Position numbers and translations under genes: made by a program
Part shown: one piece after another, positions 8,907-18,342 of the stretch
Numbering within the stretch: position 1 is the stretch's first letter
Layout: each line of letters starts with the position of its first letter
Source: Alphaproteobacteria bacterium
GTDB taxonomy: Bacteria > Pseudomonadota > Alphaproteobacteria > UBA8366
DNA length: 64,000 nt
Reading direction: 5' to 3'
Assembly: GCA_021774335.1 (NCBI GenBank)
Contig: JAJFJD010000046.1
Location: 342,109-406,108 of the forward strand
Notes under the pieces: generated by a model
What the model was told of the DNA's origin: nothing
The model's database searches: none
Seen by the model: only the letters and a program-made list of their open reading frames with translations

Positions 8907-11204
8907 CTAGGCGCATTTCGAGTAACCACAGGACAAGCAGGCGTCGCAGCCTTCCTGGCGGATCAAACTCGCAGCGCCGCATTTCGGACATTGCCGGTGC
9001 GCCGTCTCGCCCACGGCCTTCTGCAGGCCGAGCAGCCCGTCGCCCTCTTGTGATCCCTGCGGCTCAGACCCAACCGGCCCAAACCCTGCGGACAGGGTGA
9101 TGAAACCAATGTCGATCATGTGCCGTTCGATTACACCGCCGATCGCCGCCAACAGCGACGGCACATACTTGCCGTCCATCCATTGGCCGCCGCGTGGATC
9201 GAAGACAGCCTTCAGCTCCTCGACCACGAAGGATACGTCGCCGCCGCGGCGGAACACCGCGCTGATCATCCGCGTCAGCGCCACGGTCCAGGCGTAATGC
9301 TCCATATTCTTGGAATTGATGAACACTTCGAACGGACGACGACGGTCGCCGTCGGCGATGTCGTTGACAGTGATGTAGATGGCATGGTCGCTGTCGGGCC
9401 ATACCAGCTTGTAGGTGCTCCCGCCCAATGATTCCGGGCGTTCCAGCGGTTGCGCCATGTAGACGACGCCATCGTCGCCCTCTAGCTCGGGCGCTGCGCG
9501 GACCGAGCTCATATCGACCGACAAGACCGACCCGGTCACGTCGTTCGGCCGATAGGTCGTGCAACCCTTGCAGCCCAGCACATACGCCCGCCGGTAAACG
9601 TCCTTGAAGGAATCGAAGGAAATCTCGGCAGGCAGGTTGATCGTTTTCGAGATCGAGCTGTCCACATAATCCTGAACCGCCGCCTGCATGGCGAGATGGT
9701 CTTCCGGGGCGAGCGTCTGCGCATCGACGAAGGTTTCGGGCAATGCAGTGTCAGCACCGTGGATTTCGCGATACTGCGACCACGCGTAATCGGCCACGCT
9801 GCGCTGCTCGCGCCGGCCATCGGTTAGCAGCACGCTACGGCTATATTCGTAACGGAAAACCGGTTCGATGCCCGACGATACATTGCCGGCCAGCAGCGAA
9901 ATCGTGCCGGTCGGCGCGATCGACGTGACCAAAGCGTTGCGCATGCCATGTTTGGCGATCGCGGACCGCAGGGCCGGCTCGAGGGCGGCGACCGACTCGC
10001 CGGCGAGATACGCATCCCGGTCGAACAGCGGGAAGGCGCCTTTCTCCTGCGCCAGGTCGATCGATGCACGGTATGCCGATCGCTGGATCGCCGCCATCCA
10101 GCGGCGCGTCGCCGCCACCGCCTCGACGCTGCCATACCGCATGCCGCACATGATCAACGCGTCGGCCAGACCGGTAACGCCGAGGCCGATTCGACGTTTC
10201 GCCAAGGCTTCCTGACGCTGCGCCTCCAGCGGGAACGCGGAGACCTCGACCACATTGTCGAGCATGCGCACCGCCGTCGGGACCAGCCGCTCGACAGCGC
10301 CGAGATCGAACCGCGCCTCGGCGGTAAAGGGGTTGCGCACGAAGCGTGTCAGATTGAACGATCCCAGATCACATGCGCCATACGGCGGCAATGGCTGTTC
10401 GCCGCAAGGATTGGTCGCCTGGATATGCTCGCAATAATGCAGATTATTCCGCTGGTTGATCCGATCGATGAAAATTACACCCGGTTCAGCGTAGTCATAG
10501 GTCGCCTGCATGATGCGATCCCACAGATCGCGCGCGCCGACCGTCTTGAACACCTTGTCGCCGAAGACCAAATCCCACGGCACATCCGCATCAACAGCTT
10601 CCATGAACGCATCGGTGACCAGCACCGACAGGTTGAACATGCGCAACCGGTCGGCCTGCCGTTTGGCCGAAATAAAGTCCTCGATGTCCGGATGGTCACA
10701 CCGCAGCGTCGCCATCATCGCGCCCCGCCGTGAGCCCGCGCTCATGATGGTGCGGCACATCGCGTCCCAGACATCCATGAAGCTGAGCGGCCCGGATGCA
10801 TCCGCGCCGACGCCACGAACCGGCGCACCGGCCGGGCGCAGCGTCGAGAAATCATACCCGATGCCGCCGCCTTGCTGCATGGTAAGCGCAGCTTCCCGCA
10901 GGTGTTCGAAGATGCCGCCCATATCGTCGGGGATGACGCCCATGACGAAACAATTAAACAGGGTGACCGACCGGTCGGTCCCCGCACCGGCCAGAATCCG
11001 GCCGGCCGGCAGGAATTGGAATCCCTCCATCGCCGCGCGAAATTCGCACGTCCAATGCTCCGGGTCAGCCTCGGGTACCGCGAGCGCACGCGCCACGCGG
11101 TCCCAACTTTCCTCAATGGATTGCTCGGCGTGCTCCCCGCCGGGCGCCCGGAACCGGTATTTCATATCCCAGATTTCCTGGGAAATGCCGGTCAAGATTT
11201 CCAT
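8907..11204 (-). CDS. nrdJ: Adenosylcobalamin-dependent (class II) ribonucleotide reductase
   Basis: It has the active-site region ATNPCGEQPLPPYGACDLGS and RNR barrel motifs. The C-terminal zinc ribbon is CPKCGAASLIRQEGCDACLSCG. The ATG at 11204 is preferred; the track start is the GTG at 11210. Confidence 0.9.
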   Translation of the reverse strand: MEILTGISQEIWDMKYRFRAPGGEHAEQSIEESWDRVARALAVPEADPEHWTCEFRAAMEGFQFLPAGRILAGAGTDRSVTLFNCFVMGVIPDDMGGIFEHLREAALTMQQGGGIGYDFSTLRPAGAPVRGVGADASGPLSFMDVWDAMCRTIMSAGSRRGAMMATLRCDHPDIEDFISAKRQADRLRMFNLSVLVTDAFMEAVDADVPWDLVFGDKVFKTVGARDLWDRIMQATYDYAEPGVIFIDRINQRNNLHYCEHIQATNPCGEQPLPPYGACDLGSFNLTRFVRNPFTAEARFDLGAVERLVPTAVRMLDNVVEVSAFPLEAQRQEALAKRRIGLGVTGLADALIMCGMRYGSVEAVAATRRWMAAIQRSAYRASIDLAQEKGAFPLFDRDAYLAGESVAALEPALRSAIAKHGMRNALVTSIAPTGTISLLAGNVSSGIEPVFRYEYSRSVLLTDGRREQRSVADYAWSQYREIHGADTALPETFVDAQTLAPEDHLAMQAAVQDYVDSSISKTINLPAEISFDSFKDVYRRAYVLGCKGCTTYRPNDVTGSVLSVDMSSVRAAPELEGDDGVVYMAQPLERPESLGGSTYKLVWPDSDHAIYITVNDIADGDRRRPFEVFINSKNMEHYAWTVALTRMISAVFRRGGDVSFVVEELKAVFDPRGGQWMDGKYVPSLLAAIGGVIERHMIDIGFITLSAGFGPVGSEPQGSQEGDGLLGLQKAVGETAHRQCPKCGAASLIRQEGCDACLSCGYSKCA

Positions 11205-11230
11205 GACCACCGTTCCTGATTGTTACTTGA

Positions 11231-11259
11231 AATCTAGTACCGCATGGGCGCAGCGTCAA
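11231..11259 (-). promoter_or_regulatory. Sigma70-like promoter candidate for nrdJ (TTGACG-N17-TAGATT)
   Basis: On the minus strand, TTGACG lies at 11259-11254, followed by a 17-nt spacer and TAGATT at 11236-11231. This is about 27 nt upstream of the nrdJ ATG. Confidence 0.35.
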
Positions 11260-11264
11260 GAAAT

Positions 11265-11279
11265 GTTCTTTTTTTGTTC
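11265..11279. promoter_or_regulatory. GTTC-N7-GTTC motif (alphaproteobacterial LexA/SOS-box pattern) adjacent to the nrdJ promoter
   Basis: The sequence is GTTCtttttttGTTC at 11265-11279. It lies 5 nt upstream of the putative -35 on the nrdJ strand. Confidence 0.3.
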
Positions 11280-11319
11280 TTCACTTTCTGACGGAGTAAC
11301 ACCGCAGCGTGGCGCTGAT

Positions 11320-12090
11320 CTAAGGTGCCGCTTCGGCCGCGGGATCCGGCACATTCTCTAATTCGATGCCATATCGGTCGGCGGCCTCGACTTCGATCCT
11401 TCGGGTGGCGGTTTCGATCCGCTCTTCGAGCTGCGCCGCGAACTCGCGGCGGCTCAGGCCCGGCATGATAGGCGGCAGTAATTCCAACACGATGGTGCCC
11501 GACCGTTTCACGAATGTGCGGCGCGGCCAGAACATGCCGGAGTTAAGCGCAACCGGCACCACCGGCACGTCGCATTGACCGTAAAGCGCCGCCACACCCG
11601 GCAAATACGCGCGCTTTACACCGGGCACGGTTCGCGTGCCTTGCGGGAAGATGATGATCTTGCGGCCTTGGGCCAGACATTCCCTGGTTTCCCGGACCAT
11701 CCGCTTCAGCGCAGTCGCGCCGCCGGCCCGATCGATCCCGATCATGCCGACGCGCCACAGGAACCATCCGAAGAAGGGAAACCAGAACAGCTCGCGTTTC
11801 AAGACATAGGCGCAGTCCTCGAACACCACGTTGTAAATCAGCGTGTCCCACGCCGATTGATGCTTGGACGCGACGATGAACGCGCCGTCGGGCAAATTTT
11901 CCGAGCCGCGTATCTCGCATCGGATACCTACCGTCGCATTCGCGATGGCGATACAGGAGCGGACCCAGACCCAAGCCATGAACCAGAACCCGCGCCGCGG
12001 CAGCAGCATCAACGGCACGTAGAGCGGGCTGAGCAGCGTGGACCATCCATAGAACAAGACGGCAAAAACAATCGATCGAACGTAACTCAT
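11320..12090 (-). CDS. plsC: 1-acyl-sn-glycerol-3-phosphate acyltransferase
   Basis: The start at ATG 12090 (MSYVRSIVFAVLFYGW) overlaps the upstream stop by 1 nt (TGATG). It has the HX4D motif ASKHQSAWDT and the IFPQGTR block. Confidence 0.85.
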   Translation of the reverse strand: MSYVRSIVFAVLFYGWSTLLSPLYVPLMLLPRRGFWFMAWVWVRSCIAIANATVGIRCEIRGSENLPDGAFIVASKHQSAWDTLIYNVVFEDCAYVLKRELFWFPFFGWFLWRVGMIGIDRAGGATALKRMVRETRECLAQGRKIIIFPQGTRTVPGVKRAYLPGVAALYGQCDVPVVPVALNSGMFWPRRTFVKRSGTIVLELLPPIMPGLSRREFAAQLEERIETATRRIEVEAADRYGIELENVPDPAAEAAP

Positions 12091-12725
12091 CAGGCCCCGG
12101 CTCTCCTCATCAAGGCCTCGCCCCAATGGCGGACCACCGCGACTAGATACTTGTTGTATTCCCCGGCAATCAAGGCCGCGGTGCCAGGCCACCACCACCA
12201 ATTGTCGAGCTTCACATGCGTCGGAAATACCGGATGGGGCAGGATCGTTTCCGTCGGCATCGCTTGGCGAAATTCCGCCAAACTCCGAGGCATATGATAA
12301 CTCGCCGTGACCAGACGCAAGGATCGATAGCCCTGCTCGCGCATCCATTCGGCGGTTTCGCTGGCGTTGCCGGTAGTATGATCGGCGCTGTAGCCGAGAG
12401 TGATGCAGCAATCCAACGCCTTTGGCGACTGCCGCGAAAGTTTAAGGAGCTGTTGCACGTCGACACCCCGGTGCACGCCGGAAACGAAAAGCTTCTTGGC
12501 GAACCCTTGCGCCAGCAGAGCTAGCCCCTGCTCAAGCCTCAAAGTGCCGCCGGTCAATACGACAATCGCGTCGGTCTCCTCGGTCGACACTTTCAAGGAC
12601 TTTGGAATTTCCGCCGCGAACACGAACAGTCCACCCAGCCAAGCAGCAAAGGCGATGCCGAGCAAAAAGATCACATAGCGGTGCCGCCGTCGCCGGGCGC
12701 GTTGTCTTCGGTATGGCCCCACCAT
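12090..12725 (-). CDS. YdcF/ElyC/SanA family (DUF218) protein
   Basis: It has an N-terminal TM segment and the DUF218 blocks AIVVLTGG and LRLVTASYHMPRS. Confidence 0.8.
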   Translation of the reverse strand: MVGPYRRQRARRRRHRYVIFLLGIAFAAWLGGLFVFAAEIPKSLKVSTEETDAIVVLTGGTLRLEQGLALLAQGFAKKLFVSGVHRGVDVQQLLKLSRQSPKALDCCITLGYSADHTTGNASETAEWMREQGYRSLRLVTASYHMPRSLAEFRQAMPTETILPHPVFPTHVKLDNWWWWPGTAALIAGEYNKYLVAVVRHWGEALMRRAGA

Positions 12726-12765
12726 TATCCGGCCACCGTCGTCTCAAAGAGGGTCAGCCAACCAC

Positions 12766-13653
12766 TCACGGCATCCGCCGTAATGCACGGATTACGGTGT
12801 GGCGCGCGGTCATCGTCGCGATCAGGCAGGCCAAGATCGGGACGACGCCCAAAGCGATCCATTCCCAAGGCGCCAAGGTCGGCGCCGGCAGCAGTACGGC
12901 ATCAAGATCGGAAAGCAACCGGCCGAACCCGAACAATGTAATGACCGCCAGCAACCCGCCAAACAGACTGCCCAAAAGCGACACGCGGAACGCCTGCCGC
13001 TGGAATTGCTTTGCGACATATTGATCCGTCGCCCCGATAAGATGCAGAACCTCGATCACGTCCCGATGAACGGCAACGCCACTGCGCGTCGCGAAAACCA
13101 CAGCCGCCATAGCCGAGAATCCGATCAAGACGATCACCACCGTCGCCAACAACTCCAACGTCCGGACCAACGATTCGATCTGCCCGCGCCAATATTCGTG
13201 GCTGTCGACCACTATCCCTTTGATATTTTTACTTATTTCTTTCGCAAGCGCAGCCAGATCGACAGCGCCCGCTTGCTCCAGCCGAACGTCGATCACGCGC
13301 GGCAACGGAAGGTCCTGCGCTTTGAGATTCGGCCCCAACCACGGCTCGAGCGCGGCCATCGTCGTTTCCGCCGGCACGACATTCACGATCGCGACACCCG
13401 GAACATTGCGCAGCATCTTCGCGGCGTTCCGGATGCGGGTTTCGATCTCGCCGTCCTTTTCCCCGTCGATCGGCGTCACCTGAACGGTAAAAGCGGCCGT
13501 CAATTCATCGTTCCACGCCGCGGCAGCCGCCGCCAGCACCATCGCGCCGGCCAGGATGACTGCACCAAGATAGACCATGATGCCGATGATCCACGGCAGG
13601 AGCCGTGAGGACGATTCCCGGGAGAGCGGAAGGACAGCTTGCGATTCGCTCAT
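12766..13653 (-). CDS. ftsX: Cell division ABC transporter permease FtsX
   Basis: It has four predicted TM segments with a large periplasmic loop and an LHLIGATDQYVAKQF block. It overlaps the ftsE stop by 4 nt. Confidence 0.8.
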   Translation of the reverse strand: MSESQAVLPLSRESSSRLLPWIIGIMVYLGAVILAGAMVLAAAAAAWNDELTAAFTVQVTPIDGEKDGEIETRIRNAAKMLRNVPGVAIVNVVPAETTMAALEPWLGPNLKAQDLPLPRVIDVRLEQAGAVDLAALAKEISKNIKGIVVDSHEYWRGQIESLVRTLELLATVVIVLIGFSAMAAVVFATRSGVAVHRDVIEVLHLIGATDQYVAKQFQRQAFRVSLLGSLFGGLLAVITLFGFGRLLSDLDAVLLPAPTLAPWEWIALGVVPILACLIATMTARHTVIRALRRMP

Positions 13654-14327
13654 TTCTTCTCCGCATCGCGATTCAGGACCGTCAATTCACCGTCTTCCAG
13701 ATGCATCACGGGGTGCGAGAACCGCGCAATCAGGCTCTTGTTATGCGTCGCTATCACCACCGTCGTACCCATACGGTTGAGTTCCTCGAACAAATACAAC
13801 AAGCGTACCGCGATTGTGTCGTCGACGTTGCCGGTCGGTTCGTCGGCGAGCAAGAGGCTCGGGTGCGCAATCACGGCGCGGGCGATCGCGATGCGCTGTT
13901 GCTGCCCGCCCGACAAGGTCGGTGGTCGCGCATGGAGGTGATCCTTCAGCCCTACCCAGGTCAGCAGCTCGGTGACGTGTTTACGCACGACATCTTCTCG
14001 GCTGCCGGAGACTCGCAGCGGCAATGCGACATTGTCGAATGCCGAAAGATGCTGAATAAGCCTAAAATCTTGAAAGACCACGCCGATTCTTCGCCGCAAT
14101 TCGGGCAGTTCGCGACGTGGCACACGGGTGACATCCCGGCTGAACAAGGTGATAAAGCCGCGACTCGGACGATGCGCCAGATACATGAGTTTGAGCAGGG
14201 ACGATTTGCCCGCGCCGCTGGGGCCGGTCACAAAATGAAACGACCCGGGAGGGAGCGTAAACGTTACGTCGCTGAGCACTTCCGGGCCGGCGCCATAGCG
14301 CATGCCTACGTTTTCGAACCGAACCAC
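13650..14327 (-). CDS. ftsE: Cell division ATP-binding protein FtsE
   Basis: It has Walker A GPSGAGKSS, ABC signature LSGGQQQRIAIARA and Walker B LLLADEPTG. Confidence 0.92.
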   Translation of the reverse strand: MVRFENVGMRYGAGPEVLSDVTFTLPPGSFHFVTGPSGAGKSSLLKLMYLAHRPSRGFITLFSRDVTRVPRRELPELRRRIGVVFQDFRLIQHLSAFDNVALPLRVSGSREDVVRKHVTELLTWVGLKDHLHARPPTLSGGQQQRIAIARAVIAHPSLLLADEPTGNVDDTIAVRLLYLFEELNRMGTTVVIATHNKSLIARFSHPVMHLEDGELTVLNRDAEKK

Positions 14328-14465
14328 GTCTTCCGCCGAAATTTATTCGTTGAAAGGTAGCCAATCGGCGGCGGACGAACCAAGCGGCATCTCGCCGGCT
14401 GCCCCATTCCCGCCCCGGATGGGCAAGATGGCATGCGGAACCATCCGCGTAAAGCACTCCCATCC

Positions 14466-14494
14466 TTGCAACGTGACTCGCGACCCCTTAGACT
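14466..14494 (+). promoter_or_regulatory. Sigma70-like promoter candidate (TTGCAA-N17-TAGACT) for the zinc-ribbon gene
   Basis: TTGCAA lies at 14466-14471, followed by a 17-nt spacer and TAGACT at 14489-14494. This is about 50 nt upstream of ATG 14544, in the divergent ftsE/zinc-ribbon intergenic region. Confidence 0.3.
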
Positions 14495-14543
14495 CCCCGA
14501 CCAGTCGAGGGGTGAACACTATTAGGTCAGATTTTCCAGCAAC

Positions 14544-15710
14544 ATGATTATCTCTTGCCCGACTTGCGGCGCCAGCTTCAACGTGAAGCCAGGGGCGCTT
14601 GGGTCCACAGGGCGAACGGTAAAATGCAGTAAATGCGCGCATCAGTGGCACGCAATGCCCGACGCAGAGCCGGACGACGACGCGCTCGAAGTCGTGGATG
14701 CACCCGCGTCCGAAGATGCCGCTCCGGAGCCAACGCCCGCTGAACCCGCCGACGCAACCGAAGCGGCCAGCGAAGAACCGGCTGCGGAACCCGCCGCCGC
14801 TGACCCAGTGGAAGACTCGCCGGTGGCCGAGACGCCAGTGGACGATGTGCCAGTGGACGATGCGCCAGTGGACGATGCGCCGGCACCGATAGAAACCGCC
14901 ACCGAGGCGGTGTCAGAAGGCGCACCCGATCCTAGCGATTCGGTCGAAAAACTCCTGTCCAACGCGGCAATGGACAATCTCTTCGGGTCCGACGACGAGA
15001 CGGATACCGACGATGACGTCACGGCCGCAAGCGATGACGGCAATAGCGAAGACGCGACCGCTGCGGGCGCGGAAGAAATCCCGGCGGCCTGGACGGCGGA
15101 CGAGGATGCCGACCAGAACACCGACGATGACGCACAAACGGACGGTTTCCCGCCGCCGCCGGGTGCCGCCGGCGGCACCAACCCGGACGACGCGGCGGCT
15201 GCGGAAGAAGGCGGCAAGCAATGCAACGGATTGATGCGTTTGATTTCCTTGCTGGCGCTGATTCTGTTTATTTCCGCTGTCATTGGCGTCGGATTCTTCA
15301 TGCAGTCGAAGGTCGTAATGTGGTTCCCGGCATCCAGTAAAATTTATGCGATGGTCGGATTGAAGCCGGACGTGCTCGGGCAAGGCCTCCACATCGCCGA
15401 TCCAAAACCGACCAAGGAAATCGACGGAAACGACGAAGTCCTGGTCGTCAGCGGCGCCATCAAGAACACTTCGGGCAATAAACAGAAAGTGCCGCTCTTG
15501 CGCGGCGCCCTGTTGGACAAAGACGGCAAGGAACTGCACATCTGGACATTTACGGCGCAGAAGGATTCCGTCGAGCCGGGAGAACAGGTGATCTACAAGA
15601 CCCAGTTCAAGAACCCGCCGGCAGCCGCCGAAAAGCTCGACATCACCTTCACACGCTCGAGCGATGCGCAAACCGCGGGACACGAAGCCGCAATGCCGGA
15701 CAAGAAGTGA
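14544..15710 (+). CDS. MJ0042-type zinc-ribbon protein with acidic low-complexity linker, one TM segment and DUF3426-like C-terminal domain
   Basis: The N-terminus MIISCPTCGASFNV...VKCSKCAHQWHA forms a CxxC...CxxC ribbon. It is followed by ~190 aa of D/E/A/P-rich sequence, the TM helix LISLLALILFISAVIGVGFF, and a C-terminal beta-rich domain. Confidence 0.75.
   Translation: MIISCPTCGASFNVKPGALGSTGRTVKCSKCAHQWHAMPDAEPDDDALEVVDAPASEDAAPEPTPAEPADATEAASEEPAAEPAAADPVEDSPVAETPVDDVPVDDAPVDDAPAPIETATEAVSEGAPDPSDSVEKLLSNAAMDNLFGSDDETDTDDDVTAASDDGNSEDATAAGAEEIPAAWTADEDADQNTDDDAQTDGFPPPPGAAGGTNPDDAAAAEEGGKQCNGLMRLISLLALILFISAVIGVGFFMQSKVVMWFPASSKIYAMVGLKPDVLGQGLHIADPKPTKEIDGNDEVLVVSGAIKNTSGNKQKVPLLRGALLDKDGKELHIWTFTAQKDSVEPGEQVIYKTQFKNPPAAAEKLDITFTRSSDAQTAGHEAAMPDKK
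14834..14878 (+). repeat. In-frame 15-bp tandem repeat x3 (encodes PVDDV/PVDDA/PVDDA)
   Basis: The three copies are gccagtggacgatgt, gccagtggacgatgc and gccagtggacgatgc. The first differs from the other two by one base. Confidence 0.9.
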
Positions 15711-15735
15711 CCGGCGTCCTTCGGCGGAAACGCGG

Positions 15736-18342
15736 TTAGAACTGTTTCAGTAATCGATCGATGTAGTCGAGTTCGGGCTGCGGGCGCGTCCGTTGCCCGG
15801 CGCGGCGGCGTAACTCGTCGCGAATCCGCCGGGCGTCCCGTAAGCGCTCCTGATCGGGAATTTCGACCTGTTCGGTATTCATGCCGCGCCCGTCGTTGTC
15901 GGTAGTCCGGCCGAACGGATCGCGCTGACGGTCGCGCGCCTCGGCGTTCGGATTCCCTTCGCCCCTCTGGCCACGCTGGCCGAGCTGGCGCATAAGCGCT
16001 TCCGTGGCGGCGCGCGCGCCCTGCTGAAGCTGGTCGATCGCGTCGGTTTGCGGCGGCACCGCCTGGCCGGCCTCACCCTTACCCAATTTGTCGCTGGATC
16101 CACGCATCGAGCGCTCGGCCCGGCCAAGCGGGCGCGGAACCGAATCGGACATCTCGCCCAATTCGCGCATCAATTCGCCGAGCCGCTTGCGCAGCGCTTC
16201 CTGCGATTCCGATTCCTGCGATAGCGGCGACTGTGATTGATTGGGTTGGCCGTCGGGGCGCCGCATGCCCGGCGGCAGCGCATTCGGCGGCATCCGGAAG
16301 CGGCGATTGCCTTTCCGCATCTGGCCGCGGCGCTGCGCCTCGCGGAATGTCTTATCCAACAACTTCTGCTGATCGCGGATGATATTTTGCAGTTCGTTCA
16401 GCATTTGCATCGCGCGCTGTTGCTGCTGACCCGGCCGGGCAAACCGGCGTGCCCGCAGATTTTCGAGCATATTCTGAAGCTGCGACAGCATTTGCTTCGC
16501 CGCATCGCGCTGACCGCTTTTCATCAACTCGCGAATCCGGTCCAGCATCTTCTTCAGGTCGTTGCGGTTGAGCGTGATGTTCTGGTCGTTCTGCTGGTTC
16601 AGCTCGTTCGGTTGGCGTGGCGCGTCCTTCATCGATTCGGCGAGGGAATTGAGATACTCGTCCATCGCCCGCTCAAGCTCGCGCAACAGCTTTTCAAGTT
16701 CCTTGTCCTCGACCCCATCGCGCAAGGCATCCTGCAACGCCTGTTGCGCTTCCCGCAGCGCCTGCTCGCTGAGTGACAGGGTCCCGTCTTCCAGGCGAAG
16801 TGCCGTATCCCACATCAGCTTCATTACGCCTGCGACATGCTCCGGCGTGTTCCGATATCCGCGTTCCAGACGCCGCGATGCGGACGTCAGGGCCATGAAC
16901 ACCACCACATCGCCGCTGTATGCTTCATGCTCCCACGCAAGGATTTCCAGATTCGCGGCAACCCGGTTCCGGTTCTTGTCCGGATAAAGCGCAAGCTGGC
17001 GGCGCTGCTTGATGATTGCCCGCGCCACCGGATGGGTGAAAACGCGCTCCGGAAGCACGGCCTGCACGACAGCGCTCTTACCGACCTGACCTGCCGCGTC
17101 CCGCGCCAGAAGCTGGATGTTGACCGGCAGGCCGGCCCAGGGGTGCGGTGTCAGGTCATGATAGCTGGTCGATTTGACCTCTCGCGCCATGACGCCGGGC
17201 AACGGCAGCTCAAGGCCGATCGGCGGCAGGTTGGCCAAAGCCGACTGTTCCGAAACCGCGCCGGATCGCGTGATCGACGCTGTCACCTGTTCGACGCCGT
17301 AGTCGTCCGTCGCCTCGATGTCCAGACGCAACGCCTTACGCTGACTCTCGCTGGGTTTGCCGGAAAAGGCGACCGTCGGGATCGTGTCGTCGGTGATCGC
17401 GACGTCCCAACCCACCAGTTCCGCGCCGTCCTGCCGAACCAGGACGCGGCCCGGCTCTGCCAAATCGGCTTCGATGTGATATCCAGCCTTGCCGTCGCCT
17501 TCAAACGGCTTCGCGGCATCGCCCATGGCGAGGTCCGGTGCCGTCTGGCCACCGGTCAGGCGTATGACGAGCTTGCTGCCTTTCGGCACCGTGATGACCG
17601 TGCCGGGCGCCACCGATTGTGTCGCGTCCTTGTCTTCAACGGCCGTCGCACCGGCCAGTTCGCCCGACGCCAAAAAGACCGGCGGTTTCCGGGTATAGTC
17701 CGGCGGCGTGATCCAGGCATCCAGCTTGACCGCCACTTTTCCTTCGCCGGCCAGCAAGTCCGGTGACAGAGCCTGCAGAATACGGTCGCCGGCCTGATTA
17801 CCAACGGCCAGGAACCCAGCGATCAGCGCGACCCCAAGCCCAATGCGAAAAGCGAACGGATCGCGCCGGATTAGCTGCGGCTGCGGCCAACCGATGCGCA
17901 GGCGCGCGACGGCCGCCTTCATGCGTTCCTGATGCAGCCGCCATAAATCACGCGAAGCCGAATCGGCAAAACCCGTCGCCAGGTTGTCTTCCAGCGTTTC
18001 CAGCGGGCGATGATCCAGATCGTTGACCTGTTCGATATGGCGAAGCGACTCTTCGCGATCCGGAACCCGAAAGGCGCGCGCGCCGCGCCATAAACACACG
18101 GCAATGGCGGCAGCGAATCCCACAAGCAGCAGCGCGTGCAGCCATCCCGGCAGCGCCTGCGGCAACCCGATGAGCGCAAGCACGAGAAACAGTCCGGCAA
18201 AGGCGAGCCCGGGCCAAAGCGCCGGCCAAAGCCGTTCCCAAAGAAGAATGTAACGGGAAAGAGCAATGCGCCACCGCGGCAGTACCGCCGCAAGGGCCGA
18301 TCCGCGTCGTTTCCTTGGCGTCCGGCTCCTGGGGCGTATCAT
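15736..18342 (-). CDS. Large conserved alphaproteobacterial membrane protein of unknown function (TIGR02302/DUF4175-like, by recollection)
   Basis: 868-aa ORF with N-terminal TM helices and a charged Q/R/E-rich coiled C-terminal third. Its start overlaps the lysA stop (ATGA). Confidence 0.65.
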   Translation of the reverse strand: MIRPRSRTPRKRRGSALAAVLPRWRIALSRYILLWERLWPALWPGLAFAGLFLVLALIGLPQALPGWLHALLLVGFAAAIAVCLWRGARAFRVPDREESLRHIEQVNDLDHRPLETLEDNLATGFADSASRDLWRLHQERMKAAVARLRIGWPQPQLIRRDPFAFRIGLGVALIAGFLAVGNQAGDRILQALSPDLLAGEGKVAVKLDAWITPPDYTRKPPVFLASGELAGATAVEDKDATQSVAPGTVITVPKGSKLVIRLTGGQTAPDLAMGDAAKPFEGDGKAGYHIEADLAEPGRVLVRQDGAELVGWDVAITDDTIPTVAFSGKPSESQRKALRLDIEATDDYGVEQVTASITRSGAVSEQSALANLPPIGLELPLPGVMAREVKSTSYHDLTPHPWAGLPVNIQLLARDAAGQVGKSAVVQAVLPERVFTHPVARAIIKQRRQLALYPDKNRNRVAANLEILAWEHEAYSGDVVVFMALTSASRRLERGYRNTPEHVAGVMKLMWDTALRLEDGTLSLSEQALREAQQALQDALRDGVEDKELEKLLRELERAMDEYLNSLAESMKDAPRQPNELNQQNDQNITLNRNDLKKMLDRIRELMKSGQRDAAKQMLSQLQNMLENLRARRFARPGQQQQRAMQMLNELQNIIRDQQKLLDKTFREAQRRGQMRKGNRRFRMPPNALPPGMRRPDGQPNQSQSPLSQESESQEALRKRLGELMRELGEMSDSVPRPLGRAERSMRGSSDKLGKGEAGQAVPPQTDAIDQLQQGARAATEALMRQLGQRGQRGEGNPNAEARDRQRDPFGRTTDNDGRGMNTEQVEIPDQERLRDARRIRDELRRRAGQRTRPQPELDYIDRLLKQF

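Noticed and set aside
14640-15240. Repetitive acidic-coding DNA considered as a possible CRISPR-like or satellite array
   Set aside because: It is fully in-frame inside a protein-coding gene. The only true tandem repeat is 3 x 15 bp, and there is no repeat-spacer architecture.
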